This document shows positions 30,618-40,222 of a DNA stretch of 64,000 bases, in pieces. The stretch comes from Candidatus Poribacteria bacterium. GTDB lineage: Bacteria; Poribacteria; WGA-4E; WGA-3G. Where the stretch lies: assembly GCA_963665235.2 (NCBI GenBank), contig CAXXLX010000001.1, positions 832,001 to 896,000 on the forward strand. Reading direction: 5' to 3'. How positions within the stretch are numbered: the stretch's first letter is position 1; each line of letters begins with the position of its first letter. A program made the translations under genes and the position numbers. The notes under the pieces are model-generated. The model was given only the letters and a program-made list of their open reading frames with translations. It was not told where the DNA came from and did no database searches.

Positions 30618-31325
30618 ATGGGCAATTTTTGTCACGACAAAGGCTGTGAACTTGAAGGGCTCCGCGAACGGCAATCCAAAACACTATGGATTGTGCTTGG
30701 TATTAACGGAGCCATGTTCTGCTTGGAATTGATTATTGGTTTCCTTGCAGGTTCAGTGGCGTTACAAGCCGATTCGCTTGATATGCTGAGCGATACTTTG
30801 GTTTACGGTTTCAGTCTCTATGCAATTGGTAAAAGTAGTCGCTGGCGTGCAGGTTCAGCTATGCTTAAAGGGAGTATTATGGCAATCTTTGGCATCGGCG
30901 TGTTGTTCCAGAGCGGTTATAAGTTCATCGCGGGCGGTACGCCAGAGTCAAATCTCATGTTTTTTATGGGTGCGCTCGCCTTGGTTGCCAACGCGACTTG
31001 TCTGCTTCTTTTAGCGAGACACAAAACAGATGATTTAAATATGCACTCAACGTGGGTGTGTTCTCGCAATGATATTATCGCGAACACAAGCGTACTTTTA
31101 GCAGCAGGCCTCGTTGCTTTTACGCAATCCAAGCTGCCGGACTTAGTAGTGGGTTTACTCATCACAATTATCTTTCTCAAGTCCGCGAGTGCTATTCTGA
31201 GAGCATCGTATAGAGAATTGCGTCAGCCCATCTCACACCCTTCTGAGCCCACTATTCCAAAATTTTTATCCATGTCAGAGCTGTGTGCAGCAGGGACCTG
31301 TCCAGCGAATGCCTGTCACTGTTAA
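30618..31325 (+). CDS. Cation diffusion facilitator family transporter
   Basis: SVALQADSLDMLSD and DDLNM.S.W.CSRND motifs. Confidence 0.88.
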   Translation: MGNFCHDKGCELEGLRERQSKTLWIVLGINGAMFCLELIIGFLAGSVALQADSLDMLSDTLVYGFSLYAIGKSSRWRAGSAMLKGSIMAIFGIGVLFQSGYKFIAGGTPESNLMFFMGALALVANATCLLLLARHKTDDLNMHSTWVCSRNDIIANTSVLLAAGLVAFTQSKLPDLVVGLLITIIFLKSASAILRASYRELRQPISHPSEPTIPKFLSMSELCAAGTCPANACHC

Positions 31326-31339
31326 GGTTTATGAGATAA

Positions 31340-31875
31340 TACCATTTTTATTAATTATTCTATCATTACCGGTTGTAGAAATAGAAATGGAAACGGAGAA
31401 CGGAAGACCCAAACTGGAAGTTTATGCTACGAAGAAGTGAACTGGAAGTTTTTATGCGAAGAAGTGCCAAACTGGAAGTTTATGCTACGAAGAAGTGCAC
31501 AAACTGGAAGTGCTACCAAACTGGAAGTTTATGCTACAAGAACGATGCCCAAACTGGAAGTTTATGCTACGAAGAACAAACTGGAAGTTTATGCTACGAA
31601 GAAGTGCACAAACTGGAAGTTTATGCTACAAGAACAAACTGGAAGTTTATGCTACGAAGAAGTGCACAAACTGGAAGTTTATGCTACGAAGAAGTGCCCA
31701 AACTGGAAGTTTATGCTACGAAGAAGTGCACAAACTGGAAGTTTATGCTACGAAGAAGTGCCCAAACTGGAAGTTTATGCTACGAAGAAGTGCCCAAACT
31801 GGAAGTTTATGCTACCAAACTGGAAGTTTATGCTACGAAGAAGTGCACAAACTGGAAGTTTATGCTACGATAAAG
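31340..31875. mobile_element. TACCA-MITE left end with a REP-B array; right end missing
   Basis: TAA|TACCATTTTTATT leader; linker GAAGAAGTG. Confidence 0.8.
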
Positions 31876-32011
31876 CACACAAAATTGGCTGTTAGTTGTT
31901 AGCAGTTAGCAAGCGTTCTTGATGTGTCAAAAATCTCTGACACGCGTCAAACATTTCTTGCTAATCGCTATTCGCTAATTGCTGGAAGTTTATGCTAATC
32001 GCCAAATTAAT

Positions 32012-32046
32012 TAAAACCCGCCTGCAACAACGGCAGCAGGCGTTCG
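32012..32046 (-). terminator. Intrinsic terminator after uvrA
   Basis: Minus-strand CGCCTGC...GCAGGCG stem followed by a T-rich tail. Confidence 0.55.
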
Positions 32047-32057
32047 GAGGACGTGAT

Positions 32058-35000
32058 TCAAAGCTCTCTTTGTAGGAAACGTGCCGTATGTGACTGCTCC
32101 ACCGATGCAACCTCTTCGGGTGTGCCCATAGCAACAATCTCTCCGCCGCCTTTGCTGCCCTCCGGCCCTAAGTCAATAACCCAATCTGCCGATTTGATAA
32201 TGTCCATGTTGTGTTCTATAGCCACAATCGTATTGCCAGCGTCAACGAGCTTGTTGAGGACGTTAAGTAGCTTCTGAATATCGTCAAAGTGTAGTCCTGT
32301 TGTCGGTTCGTCCATGATGTAGAGCGTTGACCCAGTTTGTCTGCGCGAGAGCTCCTTCGCGAGCTTGACCCGCTGCGCCTCACCCCCCGATAGCGTCGGT
32401 GCCGATTGTCCCAACTGGACGTAGTCCAAACCGACATCCGCTAACATTTTAAGTGGTCTGCGGATGCGGGAGATATCGCTAAAGAAGTCAAGTGCTTCCT
32501 GCACTGTCATCTGTAAAACTTCAGCGATGTTTTTCTGCTTGTATTGGATTTCGAGGGTTTCCGCATTGTATCCTGTGCTATGACATATTTCGCACGGAAT
32601 CCATACGTCCGGAAGGAAGTGCATCTCCACACGGGTAAAACGGTGTCCCTCACAGGTAGGACATTGGCCGTAGGAGAGATTAAAACTGAACCGTCCCGGG
32701 CTAAATCCGCGCCGTTTTGCCTCCGGTTGTTCCGCAAACAGTTCTCGGATTTTCGTGAAGAGGTCGGTATACGTTGCCGGATTGGAACGGGGTGTTTCTC
32801 CAATTGGATTCTGGTCGACGTTGATGAGACGTTGAATTGCGCTGCCTTGGACACGTTCATATTCCGCGGGGCCATAAGAGGACTCCCCTGCTGGTTCATC
32901 TCCGATTTTGATAGTGGCTTGGCGTTCGAGCGCAGGACGGAGCGTGCCATCAATAAGTGAGCTTTTCCCACACCCTGAAACCCCTGTAACACACGTCAGT
33001 GTGCCGACCGGAATCTTGATATCAATATCCTTAAGATTATTCGTTTTTGCCCCGAACAGCTCTATCCATTCCCCTGTCCCTTTGCGGCGAACAGGCGGTA
33101 CGGGTATCTGCTTTTCATTAGAGAGATAGGCGCGGGTCAATCCACCTTCCGGTTCCCCCTTGCCTGCGGGGGCATTAGGGGGGTCAGCAACAATAGACGT
33201 TGGGTCGGTAAAGGTATCGGGTGCCCCCGTTGCCACAATTTCGCCGCCTCGCGTGCCAGCCATTGGTCCGAAGTCAATGATATGGTCAGCGGCTAATATG
33301 GTATCCCGGTCGTGTTCAACGACGAGGACACTATTACCGATGTCGCGCAGTGCTTTCATGGCGGAAATCAGTCGTTCCTGGTCGCGCGGGTGTAAACCGA
33401 TGCTCGGTTCATCGAGGATGTAGGTGACCCCGGTGAGCCCTGTGCCGAGTTGGCTTGCGAGACGTATCCTTCGGATTTCACCGCCGGAGAGCGTCGGAGC
33501 CGGGCGGTCCAATCCGATATAACCGAGTCCGATATCTTCAAGGAATCGGAGCCGAATTTGGATATAGCGAATCAGCTCCGCCTCAAACTCAGGGGAGGAA
33601 TATATATGAAGTGATGGATGCGTAGCCCTGGATATCGACACCCCTTTTTCTGCCGGCTGCTCGCTGTCCGCTGTCTGCTGTTTGCTGTCTGCTAATTGCA
33701 ATTCAATTGCCGCTATCCGTGCGTCTAGGAATTCAATAATTTCGGTAATGGACATCGCCATCAATTCAGCGATAGTTTGCCCGGAGAATCTTACACCGCT
33801 TGGGAATTCTGTTAACCGTGTGCCATCGCATATGTGGCATGGTCTTTTGTGATTTCCGGAACCTATGATGCCAAGTCCATCACATGTATTGCACGCGCCC
33901 ACTTTGTTGTTAAACGAGAAGTGCCGCGGTGTGAGTTGTGGATAATTTCTACCACATTCTGAACACATCGCATGCTCACTGAAGAAATGCCGCTCGGGGG
34001 TGCTTCTCCCTTTTTTATGTTCAATAACGGCAAACCCGCCACTTTCTTTAAGTGCTAACTCGATAGCTTCGGTAAAACGGCTTTTCTCTTCACCAATCGC
34101 TTCCACCCGGTCGATGACAATAAAAATTTCATGGCGCATCAGTTTTTGCATTTTGGGGGTTGCATCCAATCGATGGATTTGTCCATTTATTTGCACCCGA
34201 GCGAAACCGTATTTTTGCAACCTACGGAACGCAGCATCATAGTCCTCGTTCGGTTTCAACTTGTGCGGGGTATCCTCCTCTAGGACCACTTCGAAGTGGC
34301 GGTGCACAGCACTTCGTCCGGTTCCGCCTTGTCCCCTCTGACCTACCGTAACATGAAAGTCTGTAATCGGTGCCAGGACATCGACCATTTTTTGTGGGAC
34401 ACGTTCAAAAATCTGATGGACTATTTCCTCAGCCGTTTGTGAGTGGACCTCTACGTTACAGGTGGGGCAGTGAGGCACCCCCCATTTGGCATAAAGCGTG
34501 CGGAGCCCATCGTGAATTTCTGTAATTGTTGCCACTGTAGAACGCGGGTTTTGACTTGGGCTTGCATGCGAAATAGCAATCGCTGGGGACAATCCCTCAA
34601 CCTTTGAGACCTTAGGTTTTTCCATCGTCCCGATAAACTGCCGTGCATACGTGCTTAACGTTTCAATATAGCGGCGTTGTCCTTCAGCGTAAACTGTATC
34701 TAGGGCGAGGGATGTTTTTCCTGAACCGCTCACCCCCGTGAATGCGGTTAACTGTAGGTGTGGAATCTCAATGTCAATGTTTTTGAGATTATTTTCCGTG
34801 GCACCTCGTATAACAATAGACTGTAGGTCTGTTGGAACAACGGTGTTTTGTAGGTCCGGCATCCCATCGGACTCTCCGGATTTCCCGAGGTCGAATTCAC
34901 CGAGCAGGGCTTGTCCGGTGTAGGATTCAGGCACCGCTTTAACTTCCTCCGGGGTGCCCACAGCAACGATAGTGCCGCCCGCTGCGCCACCCTCCGGTCC

Positions 35001-37799
35001 TAAATCGATAAGATAGTCTGCGGAATTGATAACCTCAAGGTTATGTTCAACAACTACCACGGTGTTGCCTTCATCAACGAGCCGGTGCAGAATAGTTAGC
35101 AATTTATTCACGTCGTCAAAATGTAAGCCGGTAGTAGGTTCATCAAGGAGATAGATTGTTTTGCCGGTGCTGCGTTTAGAAAGTTCGCGAGAGAGTTTAA
35201 TCCGTTGCGCTTCCCCACCCGAGAGAGTTGGTGCGGGTTGTCCCAATTTGATGTAATCCAAACCAACGTCGTGGAGAAGTTGTAACCCTTTTGCGACTTT
35301 TGGAATATCGGCGAAATGTGCAAGGGCGGTTTCAATATCCATTTCAAGGACATCAAAAATATTTTTCTCTTTATATTTCACAGTAAGGGTTTCGTCGTTA
35401 TAACGTTTTCCATCACATACTTCACATTCAACCCAGACATCGGAAAGCAGCCCCATATCCACCTTTTTGGCCCCGTTGCCGTTACATGCTTCACATCGTC
35501 CGCCGACAACATTAAAGCTAAACCGGCCGGGTTTGTAGCCGCGCAATTTGGCATCCGGTAAGCCTGCGTAGAACGAACGAATTGCATCAAAGACCTTTGT
35601 ATAGGTCCCTGCATTCGAACGCGGGGTCCGCCCGATGGGTGCCATGTCAATGTTAATAATTTTATCAATGACATCGGAGACAGGGACGTTTTTCTTCGCG
35701 ATGATACCCCGAATTCGGTCGTAGTCGCCGGGGACAGTGTGTGCTTTCATCAGGTCTCGTGCGAGTGCGTTGTAGAGAATATCGTGAATTAGGGAACTTT
35801 TTCCTGAGCCGCTCACGCCAGTCACACAACACAATGTACCGATAGGGATTTTCGGATTAATGGATTTCAGGTTGTTTTGGCGGGCGTTGCAGATTTGGAG
35901 CCACTTGTCGCCTGTCGGTCGGCGCGATTCGGGTTGGACAATTTTCTTGTCACCTCGCAGATATTGGGCGGTGAGTGAATTGCCCTCCTCAAGGATTTGT
36001 GTAGGTGTTCCTATCTCGGTTATTTCGCCACCTCTGATGCCTGCACCGGGGCCGAAATCTACTATCCAATCCGCCATTAACATCGTCGCTTCATCGTGTT
36101 CAACGACGATAACGGTGTTCCCCTGATTGCGTAGATTGACAAGGGTTGTGAGCAAGCCTGCATGGTCGCGTGGGTGTAAACCGATGCTGGGTTCGTCAAG
36201 GACGTAGGTGACATCGCGTAAGCCTGCGCCGACCTGACTGGCGAGGCGGATACGCTGTGTTTCGCCGCCAGAGAGCGTCGGTGCAGCGCGAGACAGGGTA
36301 AGGTATCCGAGCCCGACATTTATGAGAAATCCGAGGCGGCCGCGTACCTCTTTCAGGAGTTCAGATGCGATAAACGTTTCCCGCGCTGGCAGTTCCAATT
36401 TGTTAAAAAAGTCAGCCGCTTCCTCAATAGACATTTCGAGAATGTCGGTTATATTCGCGTCATCTAGCTTCACCCCTCGCACTAAGGGGGCAAGGCGCGT
36501 CCCGTTGCATGCTCGGCAGGGCATTTTGACAAAGAAGTCAGGAAGGTGTCTGTTTTCACTGCGCTCAACATCCCCCCAGAAGTGCTGAGACTCATGGGCG
36601 GGAATTATTCCTTGAAATCTACCTCGAACCCGCTTCAGCCGTCTGTTGTACTTCGTAGGTTGGCTAATCGTCAACACAGCGTCCCCGGTACCGTAAAGGA
36701 CACTGTGCTGTTGCTCTGGCGTTAGTTCTTTCCATGGAGATTCAAGACTGAAGCCCAAGTATGCTGCTAAGGCACGTGCTACACCTCTGTTCCTATAATC
36801 CAGCTTTCCCCACAAGGTTATTGCACCATCAGGAATAGAGAGCGTATCATCGGGCACAATCAATTTCGGTGAGATGCCCATTGTCACCCCTAAGCCTCGG
36901 CACTCCTCACACATCCCGTAGGGACTGTTGAATGAGAAATGACGCGGTTCCGGTACTTCGTAGCTTCGCTGGCATTGTATGCAAGCGTACGCTGTACTGA
37001 ATAGTTCATCATCACCTTCTTGTATGCCAGCATTCGGAGCTTGCCTATTACTATCTGTCTGCGATGTGTCTTCAGCTGTAGAGACGATGTGTACAATAAG
37101 GTTGCCATCTCCTATAGAGAGCGCGGTATCCACTGATTGCGCGACGCGGCTTTCAATGTCTGCTTTGATGATAACTCTATCAATCACAATATCAATGTCG
37201 TGCCGTTGATTCGGATTGAGGTTAACGCTTGCATTGAGTTCATGCACCTCGCCATCAATGCGGGCGCGTATGAATCCTGCGCTACGTGCGTCTGACAGTT
37301 CTTTCCGATGCTCGCCTCTTCGCCCTCTAACGACAGGGGCTAAAATCAGGAGCCGGGTGCGTGGGGGAAAGCTGAGAATCCGGGAAACAATATCTGCCGG
37401 AGTTTGTGAACCGACCTGCTCTCCACATTCTATGCAGTGTAATTGTCCAGCACGTGCAAAGAGCACCCGTAGGTAATCGTAAATTTCGGTTACAGTGGCA
37501 ACCGTTGAACGCGGGTTATGTCCCGTTGACCCTTGACTGATGGCGATAGAGGGGGATAGGCCGATAATTTCGTCTACCTCCGCTTTTCCTAATTGACCCA
37601 AAAATTGTCGCGCATACGCAGACAACGACTCTATATACCGCCGCTGACCTTCGGCATATACGGTATCCATCGCAAGTGAAGATTTGCCAGAGCCGCTAAC
37701 TCCGGTGAAAACAATCAGTTTATTTTTGGGGAGCTTGACATCAATATTTTTTAGATTGTGTTGCCGCGCCCCCTGTACATGAATTGATGCGTCTGTCAT
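32058..37799 (-). CDS. uvrA: Excinuclease ABC subunit A, tandem-fused double-length form
   Basis: 1913 aa with four GVSG(S/C)GK Walker A motifs, four LSGGE signatures and zinc fingers. Confidence 0.95.
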   Translation of the reverse strand: MTDASIHVQGARQHNLKNIDVKLPKNKLIVFTGVSGSGKSSLAMDTVYAEGQRRYIESLSAYARQFLGQLGKAEVDEIIGLSPSIAISQGSTGHNPRSTVATVTEIYDYLRVLFARAGQLHCIECGEQVGSQTPADIVSRILSFPPRTRLLILAPVVRGRRGEHRKELSDARSAGFIRARIDGEVHELNASVNLNPNQRHDIDIVIDRVIIKADIESRVAQSVDTALSIGDGNLIVHIVSTAEDTSQTDSNRQAPNAGIQEGDDELFSTAYACIQCQRSYEVPEPRHFSFNSPYGMCEECRGLGVTMGISPKLIVPDDTLSIPDGAITLWGKLDYRNRGVARALAAYLGFSLESPWKELTPEQQHSVLYGTGDAVLTISQPTKYNRRLKRVRGRFQGIIPAHESQHFWGDVERSENRHLPDFFVKMPCRACNGTRLAPLVRGVKLDDANITDILEMSIEEAADFFNKLELPARETFIASELLKEVRGRLGFLINVGLGYLTLSRAAPTLSGGETQRIRLASQVGAGLRDVTYVLDEPSIGLHPRDHAGLLTTLVNLRNQGNTVIVVEHDEATMLMADWIVDFGPGAGIRGGEITEIGTPTQILEEGNSLTAQYLRGDKKIVQPESRRPTGDKWLQICNARQNNLKSINPKIPIGTLCCVTGVSGSGKSSLIHDILYNALARDLMKAHTVPGDYDRIRGIIAKKNVPVSDVIDKIINIDMAPIGRTPRSNAGTYTKVFDAIRSFYAGLPDAKLRGYKPGRFSFNVVGGRCEACNGNGAKKVDMGLLSDVWVECEVCDGKRYNDETLTVKYKEKNIFDVLEMDIETALAHFADIPKVAKGLQLLHDVGLDYIKLGQPAPTLSGGEAQRIKLSRELSKRSTGKTIYLLDEPTTGLHFDDVNKLLTILHRLVDEGNTVVVVEHNLEVINSADYLIDLGPEGGAAGGTIVAVGTPEEVKAVPESYTGQALLGEFDLGKSGESDGMPDLQNTVVPTDLQSIVIRGATENNLKNIDIEIPHLQLTAFTGVSGSGKTSLALDTVYAEGQRRYIETLSTYARQFIGTMEKPKVSKVEGLSPAIAISHASPSQNPRSTVATITEIHDGLRTLYAKWGVPHCPTCNVEVHSQTAEEIVHQIFERVPQKMVDVLAPITDFHVTVGQRGQGGTGRSAVHRHFEVVLEEDTPHKLKPNEDYDAAFRRLQKYGFARVQINGQIHRLDATPKMQKLMRHEIFIVIDRVEAIGEEKSRFTEAIELALKESGGFAVIEHKKGRSTPERHFFSEHAMCSECGRNYPQLTPRHFSFNNKVGACNTCDGLGIIGSGNHKRPCHICDGTRLTEFPSGVRFSGQTIAELMAMSITEIIEFLDARIAAIELQLADSKQQTADSEQPAEKGVSISRATHPSLHIYSSPEFEAELIRYIQIRLRFLEDIGLGYIGLDRPAPTLSGGEIRRIRLASQLGTGLTGVTYILDEPSIGLHPRDQERLISAMKALRDIGNSVLVVEHDRDTILAADHIIDFGPMAGTRGGEIVATGAPDTFTDPTSIVADPPNAPAGKGEPEGGLTRAYLSNEKQIPVPPVRRKGTGEWIELFGAKTNNLKDIDIKIPVGTLTCVTGVSGCGKSSLIDGTLRPALERQATIKIGDEPAGESSYGPAEYERVQGSAIQRLINVDQNPIGETPRSNPATYTDLFTKIRELFAEQPEAKRRGFSPGRFSFNLSYGQCPTCEGHRFTRVEMHFLPDVWIPCEICHSTGYNAETLEIQYKQKNIAEVLQMTVQEALDFFSDISRIRRPLKMLADVGLDYVQLGQSAPTLSGGEAQRVKLAKELSRRQTGSTLYIMDEPTTGLHFDDIQKLLNVLNKLVDAGNTIVAIEHNMDIIKSADWVIDLGPEGSKGGGEIVAMGTPEEVASVEQSHTARFLQREL

Positions 37800-37823
37800 T
37801 GAATAGACCCCTCTTTCGGAAAA

Positions 37824-38729
37824 TCAGTGAAACCCACCTAATTCCTTAAGTTTACGTGCGTCCCGCCGCCAATCTGCTTTGACGGTCACGTATAGTTCTA
37901 AGAACACCCGTGAATCCAAAAACTTTTCGATGTCGCTGCGTGCCAATTCACCGATGCGTTTAATCAATTTCCCGCCTTTTCCGATGATAATTTGTTTTTG
38001 CGTCTGCCGTTCTGCATAAACAATCGCCCGAATGTAAATGATTTCCTCCGAATTCCGGCGGAGCCGTTTCTCAAATTCCTCAACGACAACAGCTGATGCA
38101 TACGGGACCTCCCGTTGTGTGATGAGCATAATTTTCTCGCGAATCGTTTCAGCGATAAAAAAACGTTCTGGCAGGTCGCTGAGTTGTTCCTCCGGAAAAT
38201 ATTGGGGACCGGGCGGCAAATAGGCACGAACCTTCTCAAGAAGGAGCGGCACACCGTCGGCAGTTTTTGCAGAAATCGGTATCATATCCGCAAATTCAAA
38301 TTTCTCGCGGTAATCGTCAAACATTGGCAGGAGCGTCGGCTTTGGGACCAAATCCACCTTGTTCAGAACGAGCACGGTCGCGGCAATCTTCGCACGCCGG
38401 AGACGTTCCAAAATTCTCTCCTCAATTCCCTCTTCAGCAGGGCGTGCAACATCAATCACGAAAAGCACTACGTCCGCCCCATGTAAAGCTCCATAAGCCG
38501 TTCGGACCATCTCTGACTGCAAACGGTACTTCGGTGCCATCAAGCCGGGCGTATCCACAAAAATCATCTGATGTGTGTCTGTCGTAAGAATCCCCCGAAT
38601 CTGATTTCGGGTAGTCTGCGGTTTCGGCGTGACTATCGCCAATTTCTGCCCTAAGAGCGTGTTAAGCAGTGTGGATTTCCCAACATTCGGGGCACCGATG
38701 ATGCTAACATATCCAGAATTTTGAATCAT
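37824..38729 (-). CDS. era: GTPase Era
   Basis: GAPNVGKST, PQTTR, DTPG, NKVD, EVPY and IIIGKGG KH motifs. Confidence 0.96.
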   Translation of the reverse strand: MIQNSGYVSIIGAPNVGKSTLLNTLLGQKLAIVTPKPQTTRNQIRGILTTDTHQMIFVDTPGLMAPKYRLQSEMVRTAYGALHGADVVLFVIDVARPAEEGIEERILERLRRAKIAATVLVLNKVDLVPKPTLLPMFDDYREKFEFADMIPISAKTADGVPLLLEKVRAYLPPGPQYFPEEQLSDLPERFFIAETIREKIMLITQREVPYASAVVVEEFEKRLRRNSEEIIYIRAIVYAERQTQKQIIIGKGGKLIKRIGELARSDIEKFLDSRVFLELYVTVKADWRRDARKLKELGGFH

Positions 38730-38808
38730 TGAACCTCCGCTCGCCTGCCCCGTTCTTGCAGGCCAAATCAACGCTAACTGTGCAAACGAGATTTTAAACA
38801 TCCATATT

Positions 38809-39090
38809 TTAAACGCTTGTGCCGCCGCCATCCTTTGAGAAATCGCGACCGCACGAAGGGCATGTTGGAATATCCGTTACTACCTTCAATCCGCACCCCG
38901 GACAGATTCGGCCCGGATAGAGCCATTTCCTGCGGTAGCTACGCCCGGATTTATCCGTTTCGGTATAGTTGAAAATGCGAAAAAGGATTACTATAAACAA
39001 AACAAAAAAACCGAAGCAAGCAAAAAACCCGATATATATAACCGCAGTAAAAAAATTATTAAAAAAGTCAAAAAAGGAGAAAGGGTTCAT
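38809..39090 (-). CDS. Small membrane protein with a C-terminal zinc ribbon
   Basis: TM segment followed by CPGC...CPSC. Confidence 0.6.
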   Translation of the reverse strand: MNPFSFFDFFNNFFTAVIYIGFFACFGFFVLFIVILFRIFNYTETDKSGRSYRRKWLYPGRICPGCGLKVVTDIPTCPSCGRDFSKDGGGTSV

Positions 39091-39135
39091 TTTAATCGGG
39101 TATATGCCTTATCGCAACATGCTACTCCCTTAAAT

Positions 39136-40140
39136 CTACCGTCTCGGTCGCGCTGGCGTTTGGGTTTCTGCGGATTCATATATTAAATCCATAAGCTCAG
39201 ATTGTATAATTCCGTTTATCGGACTGGTGCGCGGTTCCGCCCTGCCCAAGATGGCATCAATGAAATTGTCATCCGGGTTACCTGCCGACATATCCGCCGT
39301 AACCGGTGGTGGGTCTAACGCCTCGCCGCCCTTCCACACACGAATCCAACCGCCGCCCCAGCCGTCGACCTCAATCCTGCCGTTGTCAAAGATTAACGCC
39401 ATGTGGGTGCCCCCGGGACTCGGACAGTTGCCGCTTATTACCATTGACGCGAACACACCGTTCTCAAACTTGATGTTAATGGAGGAGTTGATGTCAACAT
39501 CCGTGTCCATGTTATCGGTATAGGCGTATACCTCTTCGACTTTCGCTTCGACTGTCCAGCAGAGACTATTGAGGAGGTGTGCGCCGCTATCGTACGCCTG
39601 TCCGCCGCCGGAGAGTTTCGGGTCTTGTCGCCATGCCCCGGTTGTGGCACGTCTCCAATTTTGTGTAATATACCCGATGACCAACTCTAGTTTGCCGAAT
39701 TCGCCGCTGCGGATACTCTCTCGGATATAGTAAAAGTTCCCGGAGCACGGCGTATTGTAACCGATTGTGAGTATAAGCCCGGTCTCTTCAACCTTCTCTG
39801 CCAGAGTGTATGCATCTTCAGCGGCGGTGACCATCGGTTTTTCCATCAAAACGTGGCATCCCGCGGATAATGCCTGCATGCCCTGCTCGAAGTGTAACGT
39901 ATGCGGTGTGGAGATAACAACTGCATCCGGTTCTGTTTCTTCGAGCATTTTCGCTATATCCGCATAAGCCCCTGGGCGTGGCGTAAGGTCCGAGAGGTTT
40001 CGGTCAATATAACCGTTAGCGATATCCGTGTTAACATCGCAGGTGCCAACAATTTGGACATCGGGGTTTCCGTTCATCCGTCTCGCGTGGCCGGAGGAGT
40101 TTCCGCCACATCCAATCATAGCAAGCCGAATTTTTGACAT
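39136..40140 (-). CDS. Gfo/Idh/MocA family oxidoreductase
   Basis: IGCGG, TPHTLH, EKPM and GGG..D.G.H motifs. Confidence 0.92.
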   Translation of the reverse strand: MSKIRLAMIGCGGNSSGHARRMNGNPDVQIVGTCDVNTDIANGYIDRNLSDLTPRPGAYADIAKMLEETEPDAVVISTPHTLHFEQGMQALSAGCHVLMEKPMVTAAEDAYTLAEKVEETGLILTIGYNTPCSGNFYYIRESIRSGEFGKLELVIGYITQNWRRATTGAWRQDPKLSGGGQAYDSGAHLLNSLCWTVEAKVEEVYAYTDNMDTDVDINSSINIKFENGVFASMVISGNCPSPGGTHMALIFDNGRIEVDGWGGGWIRVWKGGEALDPPPVTADMSAGNPDDNFIDAILGRAEPRTSPINGIIQSELMDLIYESAETQTPARPRR

Positions 40141-40222
40141 AATCTATTCCGATGATATTAACCTATATATTGAAGAGCAGGCTTGTAGCCTGAAGCCTGT
40201 GTAATACTATGTATTTCACATC

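Noticed and set aside
13487-31875. Leader plus 23-bp repeat arrays as CRISPR
   Set aside because: Linkers are 6-9 bp and repeat within each locus, and the arrays sit inside TIR/TSD elements.
38730-38831. N-terminal extension of Era
   Set aside because: GGAGG precedes the ATG at 38729, matching normal Era length.
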